From contig CATNEN010000007.1 in assembly GCA_950097015.1 (NCBI GenBank), forward strand, positions 186,001-250,000: a stretch of 64,000 bases of DNA, written 5' to 3'. The position numbers and the translations under genes are program-made. The notes below the pieces were generated by a model, which was not told where the DNA came from, did not search any database, and saw only the letters and a list, made by a program, of their open reading frames with translations. Shown piece after piece: positions 55,601-64,000 of the stretch. Each line of letters begins with the position of its first letter. The stretch's first letter is position 1. This stretch comes from Macrostomum hystrix. Lineage: Eukaryota; Animalia; Platyhelminthes.

Positions 55601-58600
55601 AATCTCACTCACTCACTCACTCGCTAATCTCACTCACTCACTCGCTAATCTCACTCGCTCGCTAATTTCACTCACTCACTCGATAATATCTCTCACTCGC
55701 TCGCTAATCTCACTCACTCACTCACTCGCTAATCTCACTCACTCACTCACTCGCTAATCTCACTCACTCACTCACTCGCTAATCTCACTCACTCACTCTC
55801 TAATCTCACTCACTCACTCGCTAATCTCACTCACTCACTCGCTAATCTCACTCACTCACTCGCTAATCTCACTCACTCACTCGCTAATCTCACTCACTCA
55901 CTCTCTAATCTCACTCACTCGCTCGCTAATCTCACTCGCTCGCTAATCTCACTCACTCACTCTCTAATCTCACTCACTCGCTCGCTAATCTCACTCACTC
56001 GCTAATCTCACTCGCTCGCTAATTTCACTCACTCACTCGATAATATCTCTCACTCGCTCGCTAATCTCACTCACTCACTCACTCGCTAATCTCACTCACT
56101 CACTCGCTAATCTCACTCGCTCGCTAATTTCACTCACTCACTCGATAATATCTCTCACTCGCTCGCTAATCTCACTCACTCACTCACTCGCTAATCTCAC
56201 TCACTCACTCACTAATCTCACTCACTCACTCTCTAATCTCACTCACTCACTCGCTAATCTCACTCACTCACTCGCTAATCTCACTCACTCACTCTCTAAT
56301 CTCACTCACTCACTCGCTAATCTCACTCACTCACTCTCTTATCTCACTCACTCACTCGCTAATCTCACTCACTCGATAATATATCTCACTCGCTCGCTAA
56401 TCTCACTCACTCACTCTCTAATCTCACTCACTCGCTCGCTAATCTCACCCACTCGCTAATCTCACTCGCTCGCTAATTTCACTCACTCACTCGATAATAT
56501 CTCTCACTCGCTCGCTAATCTCACTCACTCACTCACTAATCTCACTCACTCGCTCGCTAATCTCAATCATTCACTCGCTAATCTCACTCACTCACTCTCT
56601 TATCTCACTCACTCACTCGCTAATCTCACTCACTCGATAATATATCTCACTCGCTCGCTAATCTCACTCACTCACTCTCTAATCTCACTCACTCGCTCGC
56701 TAATCTCACTCACTCGCTAATCTCACTCGCTCGCTAATTTCACTCACTCACTCGATAATATCTCTCACTCGCTCGCTAATCTCACTCGCTAATCTCGCTC
56801 ACTCGCTCGCAAATCTCACTCCCTCGCTCGCTCGCTAATCTCACTCCCTCGCTCGCTCGCTAATCTTACTCACTCGCTCGCTCGCTAATCTTACTCACTC
56901 ACTAATCTCACTCACTCACTAATCTCACTCACTCGCTCGCTAATCTCACTCACTCACTCACTAATCTCACTCACTCGCTCGCTAATCTCAATCATTCACT
57001 CGCTAATCTCACTCACTCACTCTCTTATCTCACTCACTCACTCGCCAATCTCACTCACTCGATAATATATCTCACTCGCTCGCTAATCTCACTCACTCAC
57101 TCTCTAATCTCACTCACTCGCTCGCTAATCTCACTCACTCGCTAATCTCACTCGCTCGCTAATTTCACTCACTCACTCGATAATATCTCTCACTCGCTCG
57201 CTAATCTCACTCGCTAATCTCGCTCACTCGCTCGCAAATCTCACTCCCTCGCTCGCTCGCTAATCTCACTCCCTCGCTCGCTCGCTAATCTTACTCACTC
57301 ACTCGCTAATCTCACTCACTCACTCGCTAATCTCACTCACTCACTAATCTCACTCACTCGCTCGCTAATCTCACTCACTCACTCACTAATCTCACTCACT
57401 CGCTCGCTAATCTCAATCATTCACTCGCTAATCTCACTCACTCACTCTCTTATCTCACTCACTCACTCGCTAATCTCACTCACTCGCTAATCTCACTCGC
57501 TCGCTAATTTCACTCACTCACTCGATAATATCTCTCACTCGCTCGCTAATCTCACTCGCTAATCTCGCTCACTCGCTCGCAAATCTCACTCCCTCGCTCG
57601 CTCGCTAATCTTACTCACTCGCTCGCTCGCTAATCTTACTCACTCACTAATCTCACTCACTCGCTAATCTCTCTCATAATCTCGGCCCCATAGCACCAGC
57701 GATGTACTCTTAAAATTCGTCTTTACAGCGAAAATCATTACATTGTAGGGAGGCAGAATTATAATTAGTAACTATGGTATCATCGCTGTACGGTTTGGTT
57801 TCTAATAAAAAACTTTGCGTTTGATGTACCTCCGAGTGTCTGGTGTACGAGGACCATTGTGAGTGAACAAGTCAAATCAATTTCAAGGGTAAAATTTGTC
57901 AAATTTTCAACAGTCTCCCCTCTGTTTTGCTTGGTAATTTTATCCCTAAATTTGGTTGGAACTTTCCTAGAATGAAAATAACAACACTATGCAGGCAATG
58001 GGAGGGTAGAATGGGTCAGTGCTGATGGAAACGCGTTGAACTCAGCTCAGCACTTCACTCCGGGGACAGATAATGGAGTGGAATTCGATGTGACAGGACT
58101 CTCTCCCAGCAAGTCATGGCGGAGGAGACAAAAGCATTAGCGAAGTACGGGCAATAAGTCAAATTGCAAAAAAGGAGAGGCCACCCTAACCACCAGCCAG
58201 CTGAGCTTATCGCCACGGAACGTAGGAAGTGGAAGATACGGGCTTCCTACCTACTTCTGCTTCTGTCCCTTCCTCAGCCGGCGGCCTGTCAGTCTCTGAG
58301 GCTCGGAACAGAACTAACAGAATTGCGTGCGTGTAAGCTTTGCCCAGAACAAAAAGGAGAGTAGCTAGCTAACCGCAGGCTCTGATAAAAAATTCAATTC
58401 GGAATGGAGTGGCCAGGCTGGAAAGTGCATCGACATCTAGCTCTGAGGAGTCTATAGCACTGGTGCGAGATAAGCTGCGCCCTGCTTTGAGAGGCCTTTA
58501 ATTGGGACTCGGAGAGCGCGTGATTGACCGTATAAACTCTTCTTTTTGAGGTTACTTTCTGCGCGGATTCTGACCGAATAACTGACTCCAATCGAGCAAA

Positions 58601-60078
58601 CTTCCTAATTATTCGAGGCAATAACCTCTGACTCAATAAAGAGCTCAAGAGATATGACCAACACAAATACCAGAGACTGTGGATAACCAACACAAATACC
58701 AGAGACAGTGGATGACCAACACAAATACCAGAGACAGTGGATGACCAACACAAATACCAGAGACAGTGGATGACCAACACAAATACCAGAGACAGTGGAT
58801 GACCAACACAAATACCAGAGACAGTGGATGACCAACACAAATACCAGAGACAGTGGATGACCAACACAAATACCAGAGACAGTGGATGACCAACACAAAT
58901 ACCAGAGACAGTGGATGACCAACACAAATACCAGAGACAGTGGATGACCAACGCAAATACCAGAGACTGTGGATAACCAACGCAAATACCAGAGACAGTG
59001 GATGACCAACACAAATACCAGAGACAGTGGATAACCAACACAAATACCAGAGACAGTGGATGACCAACACAAATACCAGAGACAGTGGATGACCAACACA
59101 AATACAGAGACAGTGGATAACCAACACAAATACCAGAGACAGTGGATGACCAACACAAATACCAGAGACAGTGGATAACCAACACAAATACCAGAGACAG
59201 TGGATGACCAACACAAATACCAGAGACAGTGGATAACCAACACAAATACCAGAGACAGTGGATGACCAACACAAATACAGAGACAGTGGATGACCAACGC
59301 AAATACCAGAGACTGTGGATAACCAACACAAATACCAGAGACAGTGGATGACCAACACAAATACCAGAGACAGTGGATGACCAACACAAATACCAGAGAC
59401 AGTGGATGACCAACACAAATACCAGAGACTGTGGATGACCAACACAAATACCAGAGACAGTGGATGACCAACACAAATACCAGAGACAGTGGATGACCAA
59501 CACAAATACCAGAGACAGTGGATGACCAACACAAATACCAGAGACAGTGGATGACCAACACAAATACCAGAGACAGTGGGATGACCAACACAAATACCAG
59601 AGACAGTGGATGACCAACACAAATACCAGAGACAGTGGATGACCAACACAAATACCAGAGACAGTGGATGACCAACACAAATACCAGAGACAGTGGATGA
59701 CCAACACAAATACCAGAGACAGTGGATGACCAACACAAATACCAGAGACAGTGGATGACCAACACAAATACCAGAGACAGTGGATGACCAACACAAATAC
59801 CAGAGACTGTGGATGACCAACACAAATACCAGAGACACCCAGAAATATTAAGAACAAAATATTTACGCACAATGCGGCAAAGGATATGGCCATGTGATGG
59901 CGCGCAGGCACCAGGATCTGACAGGATGTCGCTGATGCAGGAACCTCAGTACAACCGGGTAGAAGCCCTGGTAGAGCAGCTCGCTTTCTGCTGTCACCTC
60001 CACTTCGGGCGTCAGTTGCATCTGTGGCGACGCCTTCTGGTCTTGCTGCTGTTGTACAATGCCGCTGTCGCTCAGCAT
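19993..60078 (-). CDS. Cav3: T-type (low-voltage-activated) calcium channel alpha1 subunit, Cav3 family, 28 exons, about 1828 aa
   Basis: Exons (- strand): 60078-59888, 47431-47186, 45177-45080, 44620-44449, 44090-43769, 41861-41769, 40000-39400, 37164-37060, 36296-36166, 34846-34695, 32906-32721, 32051-31898, 31758-31603, 29620-29515, 29048-28768, 28702-28614, 27682-27352, 26602-26529, 25976-25853, 25756-25247, 24962-24680, 23627-23476, 22918-22809, 22713-22583, 22498-22349, 22234-21957, 20933-20814, 20133-19993. The sum is 5487 nt and all phases join. There are four 6-TM domains with S4 segments ([15 protein letters not shown]; [14 protein letters not shown]; [18 protein letters not shown]; [17 protein letters not shown]). 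P-loops SLESW / TQEDW / SKDGW / TGDNW give EEDD. Also the Cav3 I-II gating-brake segment (QFSETKRRE...GSCYGQIVR) and [12 protein letters not shown] in the II-III linker. Confidence 0.97.
20166..20795. repeat. 12-bp minisatellite GTCAGTAGATGT
   Basis: Direct reading; fills Cav3 intron 27. Confidence 0.95.
21072..21895. repeat. 18/19-bp minisatellite CACCC(C)ACTCTACC(A/C)TTGT(A/C)
   Basis: Direct reading; fills Cav3 intron 26. Confidence 0.95.
22965..23465. repeat. 21-bp minisatellite CCAACTTTCCCACCCTTCATT
   Basis: Direct reading; starts about 10 nt from the exon 22 donor. Confidence 0.95.
23820..24440. repeat. About 14-bp minisatellite AAACCTGAACC(T/C)CT
   Basis: Direct reading, degenerate on the left side. 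Confidence 0.92.
25998..26130. repeat. About 55-59-bp tandem duplication, 2.4 copies
   Basis: GGTGGGCTTAGTCGTGGCCA starts at 25998, 26052 and 26111. Confidence 0.9.
26640..27320. repeat. Complex purine-rich minisatellite (GAGAGTGAATAGTGACAGAGAGATGAT / AACAGCGATAAGGAGA variants)
   Basis: Direct reading. Confidence 0.9.
27762..28566. repeat. 20-bp minisatellite GAGAGGATGAGAGACAGTAG, about 40 units
   Basis: Direct reading. Confidence 0.95.
29690..30110. repeat. Degenerate about 19-bp array AACAAATCTC(A/T)GATTTT
   Basis: Direct reading; decayed. Confidence 0.75.
33062..34460. repeat. 20-bp minisatellite GTCATTGCTCTGTCTAACAG, about 70 units
   Basis: Direct reading; variants TTCATTGCTC and GCCACTCATC. 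Confidence 0.97.
34845..35742. repeat. 35-bp minisatellite GGCTGTGGGTTGAAATCAGTGATGATAGATTAATT, about 25 units, overlapping the Cav3 exon 10 acceptor
   Basis: Direct reading; period 35 (e.g. 35401 and 35436). Confidence 0.97.
35736..35850 (-). mobile_element. Same SINE family, 3' fragment fused to a 35-bp minisatellite
   Basis: Reverse complement GGGCAGATGTACAACCTGTGTGAGTGTGTGCTCAGGAGTCAGCGGTATGGGCAGAATTGCC...GTGCCATCACTG matches the SINE 3' half. Confidence 0.8.
36460..36910. repeat. (AATC)n / AAGTCAATCAATGAATTAATC compound array
   Basis: Direct reading. Confidence 0.88.
37258..37780. repeat. 30-bp minisatellite CTGAAGTCCCACTAATCCTCAAATCAGTCC
   Basis: Direct reading; intronic. Confidence 0.95.
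38822..39300. repeat. 17-bp minisatellite AGACAACCCATCACCCT
   Basis: Direct reading. Confidence 0.93.
40010..40255 (+). mobile_element. Same SINE family, 5'-truncated copy abutting the Cav3 exon 7 acceptor
   Basis: CGAGGCCGCATTCATTTGG...GTACACTGCCTGACGATGAGAAAGTCAG...CTCAGGAGTCAGCG...CACCAAATGATGTGC matches the other copies. Confidence 0.8.
41130..41655. repeat. 20-bp minisatellite ATCTCATCCCACTG(A/C)CTCCC
   Basis: Direct reading. Confidence 0.95.
41930..42320. repeat. 16-bp minisatellite GGGTGAGATAAGACAC
   Basis: Direct reading. Confidence 0.92.
43048..43620. repeat. 75-bp tandem repeat, about 7.7 copies
   Basis: GCAGTGTGTATTTGTCTAA...GGCTGCCGTAGAAACTTTGATTAA starting at 43048, 43123, 43198, 43273, 43348 and onward. 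Confidence 0.95.
44160..44365. repeat. 20-bp minisatellite GGTGTGTCAGGACAGGCTGT
   Basis: Direct reading; about 10 units. Confidence 0.95.
44652..45015. repeat. (GCTACT)n hexanucleotide microsatellite
   Basis: Direct reading; about 60 units; fills Cav3 intron 3. Confidence 0.97.
45240..45790. repeat. 30-bp minisatellite GATGAAGGGAGGCATTGGAGAGGA(A/C)GGG(G/C)A
   Basis: Direct reading; about 18 units. Confidence 0.95.
46400..47080. repeat. 21-25-bp minisatellite GGATTATGG(G/A)AACAGGTGAGT(GTGT)
   Basis: Direct reading. Confidence 0.92.
47652..47971 (-). mobile_element. Same SINE family, near full-length copy inside the U12 intron
   Basis: Reverse complement begins GGGGCTGGTGGCAGAGCGGTCTAACGCG...GAGCTCGATTCC (tRNA-like A/B boxes) and aligns by eye with 63270-63610. 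Confidence 0.85.
48020..48475. repeat. 18/19-bp minisatellite GATCAGAGAATGGGATG(C/G)G
   Basis: Direct reading. Confidence 0.93.
49380..50130. repeat. Polypyrimidine array, core CCCTTTCTT
   Basis: Direct reading. Confidence 0.92.
50465..51020. repeat. 24-bp minisatellite GCTACGGTTCCTGCTTCGATTCTA
   Basis: Direct reading. Confidence 0.93.
51385..51955. repeat. About 14-15-bp minisatellite CCTATCCTTCTC(CT/TC)
   Basis: Direct reading. Confidence 0.92.
52675..53970. repeat. 38-bp minisatellite GTCTAATCTCACCCTGTCATTCTCTACTAGTCTCATCC, about 34 units
   Basis: Direct reading. Confidence 0.96.
54183..54381. repeat. 11-bp perfect array GTGCAATCACC, about 18 units
   Basis: Direct reading; no variants seen. 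Confidence 0.96.
55205..57680. repeat. Variable-unit array CTAATCTCA(CTCA)nCTCG with higher-order duplications
   Basis: Direct reading; the largest array in the window. Confidence 0.96.
58650..59837. repeat. 29-bp minisatellite GACCAACACAAATACCAGAGACAGTGGAT, about 40 units
   Basis: Direct reading; begins about 50 nt inside the U12 donor. Confidence 0.97.
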
Positions 60079-61185
60079 TTCTAATCCGGTCCGCGCAACT
60101 CTACTCGTTCGAGTTTTCTAAACGAAAGCGTTTCTGCCTTCCACCATTCGCTTGTAACATTCTCAGCAGCCAGATAATAGTTTGATGACTACTGGAGTGA
60201 AAGCTGAGAACTGAGGCACCCGGTAACTGAGGGCCGCGATTCCGCTAAGACTGATACCAGAAAGCGTTTAAAAAATCGGCAGCATTTCACGGGAGAGCGC
60301 ACTGTGTTGCTTGTCGCTACGAACGATGCTACAAATGGAAAAGAGCGATGAGAGGCAGAAAGGTGGGCCAAAAAAAGCGACAAAATTTGGGTCTGCAGCC
60401 TAGAGAAGGAGGACGCGCGGTTGTAGAGGTGGGGCTGCCGGAGCGCCCGCTCTGTTGAGTCGGACTCTTCCCTCGGAAAAAAAACGTAATAAGGGGTTGA
60501 GCAGCCGCGGGCTCGTTATTGGATGCCCGCTGCAGCCAAGGTATTGCTGAGCTCGCAGCAGTGTTTGTGTCTGCGCGAGACGGAGACGACAGGGGGGAGC
60601 GAGAGAGCGAGAGGCAGAGAAAGTGAGTGAGCCTCCTGAGGCCCAGGCAGCGGTGGAGCCTCCTTAACGCAGCTTCTTCCACACCGGAGGATTTTTGGGG
60701 GTGGATTATAATGCATTTTTTGCTTCTGCATTTTAAAGCGAAGGCTGGGGAACAAGGGGAGACAGAAAGAGAAAGAGAGCGGTGGGGAGCTGACAGACAG
60801 AAAGGTCGTCCGGCTCAACAAGGTCCCCATCGTTTCAGCCAATCCCGACTCGCGGACAACCGAGCAGGCGAAAATCCTTCTTCCCAATCCCATCTCCTCG
60901 CTGATTTACCTTCTATAGCAGCTATTTCTTCCCATCCTGCAGCAATGTTTTTGCATTTCACCCCAATTTGAGCGCATGCTGCGAGTTGAAATATCAGCAG
61001 CCTAATAATAACGTGCGCGGGCTGCAGCAACGACCACCACATGTGGCTGAGTAGTCCAATGAAGCTGCTTCAACTGGGTGAAGCCCGTTGGAGGTGGCAA
61101 TTAGACTGCAAATGCCGCTGCACCTGATGCCTACAGGCCGGCTTAGAACAAAACCGAGCTCCGCTGATGCTGATCTCACTGCATG

Positions 61186-61385
61186 GTGTCTCATCTCTCT
61201 GGTGTCTCATCTCTCTGGTGTCTCATCTCTCTGGTGTCTCATCTCTCTGGTGTCTCATCTCTCTGGTGTCTCATCTCTCTGGTGTTTCATTTTTTCTCAG
61301 TGAGATTTTCAGTGAGATTCTCTCAGTGAGATTTTCAGTGAGATTCTCTCAGTGAGATTTTCAGTGAGATTCTCTCAGTGAGATT
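61186..61385. repeat. Two adjacent short arrays: TCTCTCTGGTGTCTCA (about 6 units) and CTCAGTGAGATT(T/C)T (about 7 units)
   Basis: Direct reading. Confidence 0.9.
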
Positions 61386-61811
61386 TGCATTATTTCATTT
61401 TGTCTAAAGTACATAAATGCTGAAAGTTTTTGTTTTACATCTGTCAATGCATCTATATTTCTAGAATTAACAAGTTTACAGATAACAATAAACGATCTAC
61501 TACGATTTCGATTACCCTCTGATGTTAGCGTGACAATTGCCTGCGCACAACTGCCTGCGCGACAACCGACTGCGGCGACGACAACTGACTGCTGCGCTTT
61601 GTTCCTATATTTACGTAGAAAAAAATGAAATGTAAAATACCAAAGAAACAAATTAACCTAACCATTTTTGTGAACAGCTAGAGTTGTTAAAAGGGATCAG
61701 GGGCCGGATTCATGAACTTCAGGTGTAGTGTCGGCATGTTTATTATATAATGCGTATATTTCTACTTTAAGTAACTTATTCGCGCACGTCAATATTAATG
61801 AATTATTATAA

Positions 61812-62810
61812 TGTATGTTATAGGTTAGTTGTTAGTACATGCACGCCCCGGTCAGGCCTACGCACGCGACCGGCCGGTCACCCTGCTCTGCAGCCAAGGC
61901 ATCGGACCAACCCCGGTCTGGTGAGCCCAGCCAATAGGAAGACGGCTAGCCAATCTGACACGACCCTACTTAAGCACGACACCCGGGCCGGGCCAATCAG
62001 CGGCCAGTTCATTAACCGGCAGGGTCGACCTGGCAGTGGAACAAGCGGCCCGGCCGGCACCAGGCTTTGATAGGGGCTGGGGCGGGCGTTTGACTATATA
62101 ACTGACTATTGCGTTGTGAAGGCGTTGTATCTTTTTCGTTGTATCGTTGTCTTCCTTCTCTTTTCCGTGTTGCTACGCATAGTAATAGATACCGGGACAG
62201 GTAAACCGGTCCAACCAGCTAGTCGAAAAAAACCCCACACTCAATCCAACGTCAGTAAGTAGCTTGCGCTGAGCTCGGCACGTCTGGCCAACTGCTGACG
62301 GAGTGTTAGACAGGGATTGGCAAGCATGGAAGTACTCTCCATATCGCCGACAATCATCGGTGGGACGTCGTCGAATTGACATTTGGTGTGGCACGATAGA
62401 ACTATCGTTGTGCCATAGTGCGGAAGTGCTTGCTGGTCGCCTCGGTTTCAGACTAGGGACTTTGGGTTCTAACTAGGGACTATAACGAGGCCCACGGGTT
62501 CGTGTTATTGGGCCTCGTTATTTATCTTGTTTTATAGGGACTATCTGGTTTCTTGTCTAGGAGTTATTTGTGTAAATTGTCGCGTTATTTTCGTGAGTTC
62601 TTGTTATTGTCCAGAGCATTATCGAGTAGAGTTCGCGTGTTGTTCTTGTGTTGTGGATATCGAGATTTTGTTAAGTAAATTACCAGTGCGAATTACGAAT
62701 TGAATATTAAATTGAATTAAGTACAGTACCTGGCAGGGAATGTAAAGAGCGCTGCCAGGGGAATTAATCATTCATGGCATGGCCTTCTCTTATTAACGAA
62801 TTAACACTTA
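61812..62810 (+). mobile_element. Possible solo LTR or other element terminus
   Basis: About 1 kb with promoter motifs, several hairpins and TGTTA (61816)...TAACA (62806) ends. No TSD and no internal ORF found. Confidence 0.3.
61925..62105 (+). promoter_or_regulatory. Pol II promoter-like cluster pointing away from Cav3 (divergent promoter or LTR U3)
   Basis: CCAAT at 61931, 61950, 61993; GGGGCGGGC at 62079; TATATAA at 62095, in canonical order within a GC-rich island. Confidence 0.5.
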
Positions 62811-63269
62811 AATATCAGCTTGGACTTTTGAATCGCCTTGTCTTCGTTAGTTTCGAGTTACGGCATATAATCTCTCGCAAAGAGTAGGACACCCGACCTC
62901 ATTTAGGAATCTCAACGCAAAGAGAGACCTAAGTCAAAATATCACTCAGGGGCCATATGGCCCGCGGGCTGAAAAAAGTTGCCGATCCCTTCTTTTATGA
63001 ACTTTTTAAGTAAATGTAATGCATACGATACGATCCGTATAGTTTAATAATTCGGTGCATTATGACGATTTGGGGAATATAATTTCGGGATTTGCAGTCG
63101 TCTTGATTTGCATCATGCCGACTGCAAATCCTTATGTATACTAATAATTTGTTTACACTCAACTTGTTAAGTTATTATGCTTCGAATGCTTGTTTGGTAT
63201 TTTCTAATTAAATAACAACTATTAACTGCTAACAGTAATAAAAGTGTAGATTTGTAATAACAAAGCACA

Positions 63270-63626
63270 GGGTGTCGTCGGTGGCAGAGCAGTTATCGCG
63301 TTTGCCTCTCGCACCACGGTCATTAAGTTCGGTTCCATGGCAAGGCCACATTTATTTGGGGCGCAGCCGCGGAGATAAGGCTTGAGGGCTTGTCGTGCAA
63401 TTTACGCCCTTGAGGGCAAACCTCGACCACGGCACAATGAAATGTACATTGCCTGACGATGAGAAAGTCAGGGCAGATGTACACACCTGTGTGAGCGTCT
63501 GCCTGCGTACTGTGTGCGTGTGTGCTCAGGAGTCAGTGTCACTACGAGTGTCACTACTGTCAGCTCGTAAATGATGTGCCACCACTGCCCGCAGCACTCC
63601 AGCAATAATTTATTATTTTTATTTTT
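63270..63626 (+). mobile_element. tRNA-derived SINE, full-length copy with 13-bp target-site duplication
   Basis: A-box-like GGTGGCAGAGCAG and B-box-like AAGTTCGGTTCC; body shared with other copies (TGCCTGACGATGAGAAAGTCAGGGCAGATGTACAC); AT-rich tail; ATAACAAAGCACA at both 63257-63269 and 63627-63639. Confidence 0.85.
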
Positions 63627-64000
63627 ATAACAAAGCACAACAGTCAATTGTCGCCACAGTCAGTTGTCGTGCAGGCAGATGTCGCGCAGTAAACTGTGCG
63701 AAGGCAATTGTTGTAGAACCCCCTCTGATTCCCCTCGATGTCCTGTGTCAAAAGATTAATCGTTACGATGTCGTTAATCTCACGTGTAAAGATGGCTACT
63801 GTCAACATTTAAAATGATTTTTCGCTGCAATCAGATTGCAACGAAACATATGATTTCGGTCCAGCTTTATATAAAGCAAAGCTAGGGGCCTAAAGCCAAG
63901 AAGTAGGCTAGGTAAAGTAAGCTAGCTAAATTATTAACACAGTTGATTTGTTAATGTAAAATCATGGAAGTAGGGTGTAGTATTTTACTTTCTTTGCCGA

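Larger units (their letters stand above)
47432..59887 (-). other. U12-type (minor spliceosome) AT-AC intron, Cav3 intron 1, 12456 nt
   Basis: 5' end ATATCCTTT (59887 down), branch site TTTTCCTTAAC (TCCTTAAC at 47457-47450), terminal AC at 47433-47432. Joining gives ITW-P-WFERV in frame; there is no usable AG at this position. Confidence 0.93.

Noticed and set aside
58394-59911. Long ORFs (505, 421, 397 aa) and similar long ORFs at 49147-50163, 21068-21973, 27752-28701, 16719-17662, 22751-23501, 45217-45892, 11902-12704
   Set aside because: Translations of stop-free minisatellites, open in several frames at once and lying inside introns defined by phase-consistent flanking exons.

Overview
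Eukaryotic (animal) genomic DNA, not prokaryotic. Two convergent multi-exon genes fill the window. (1) On the + strand, an SRCIN1/KIAA1217 (p140Cap/SKT, AIP3-domain) family scaffold gene, 11-12 exons, 1060-18261, possibly 5'-incomplete. (2) On the - strand, a complete T-type voltage-gated calcium channel (Cav3) gene, 28 exons, 60078->19993, about 1828 aa, with an EEDD filter. I reconstructed both by hand with consistent splice phases. Cav3 intron 1 (12.46 kb) is a U12-type AT-AC minor intron. The domain II turret is encoded by a single penta-cysteine exon-12b-type exon with no 12a partner, and the C-terminus is very short. About 35 tandem arrays (roughly 24 kb, about 37% of the window, my estimate) occupy the introns, usually one private unit per intron. 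Several abut exon boundaries and their units contain splice signals; one is continuous with a SINE 3' end and supplies an exon acceptor. A tRNA-headed SINE family is present (one copy with a 13-bp TSD), as is a promoter-like, hairpin-rich, LTR-like segment near the right end. The style (polyQ exons, minisatellite-filled introns, protostome-type Cav3 loops) suggests a protostome invertebrate such as a free-living flatworm; that is inference only. Most long ORFs in the supplied track are repeat artefacts. Array coordinates and copy numbers are approximate.
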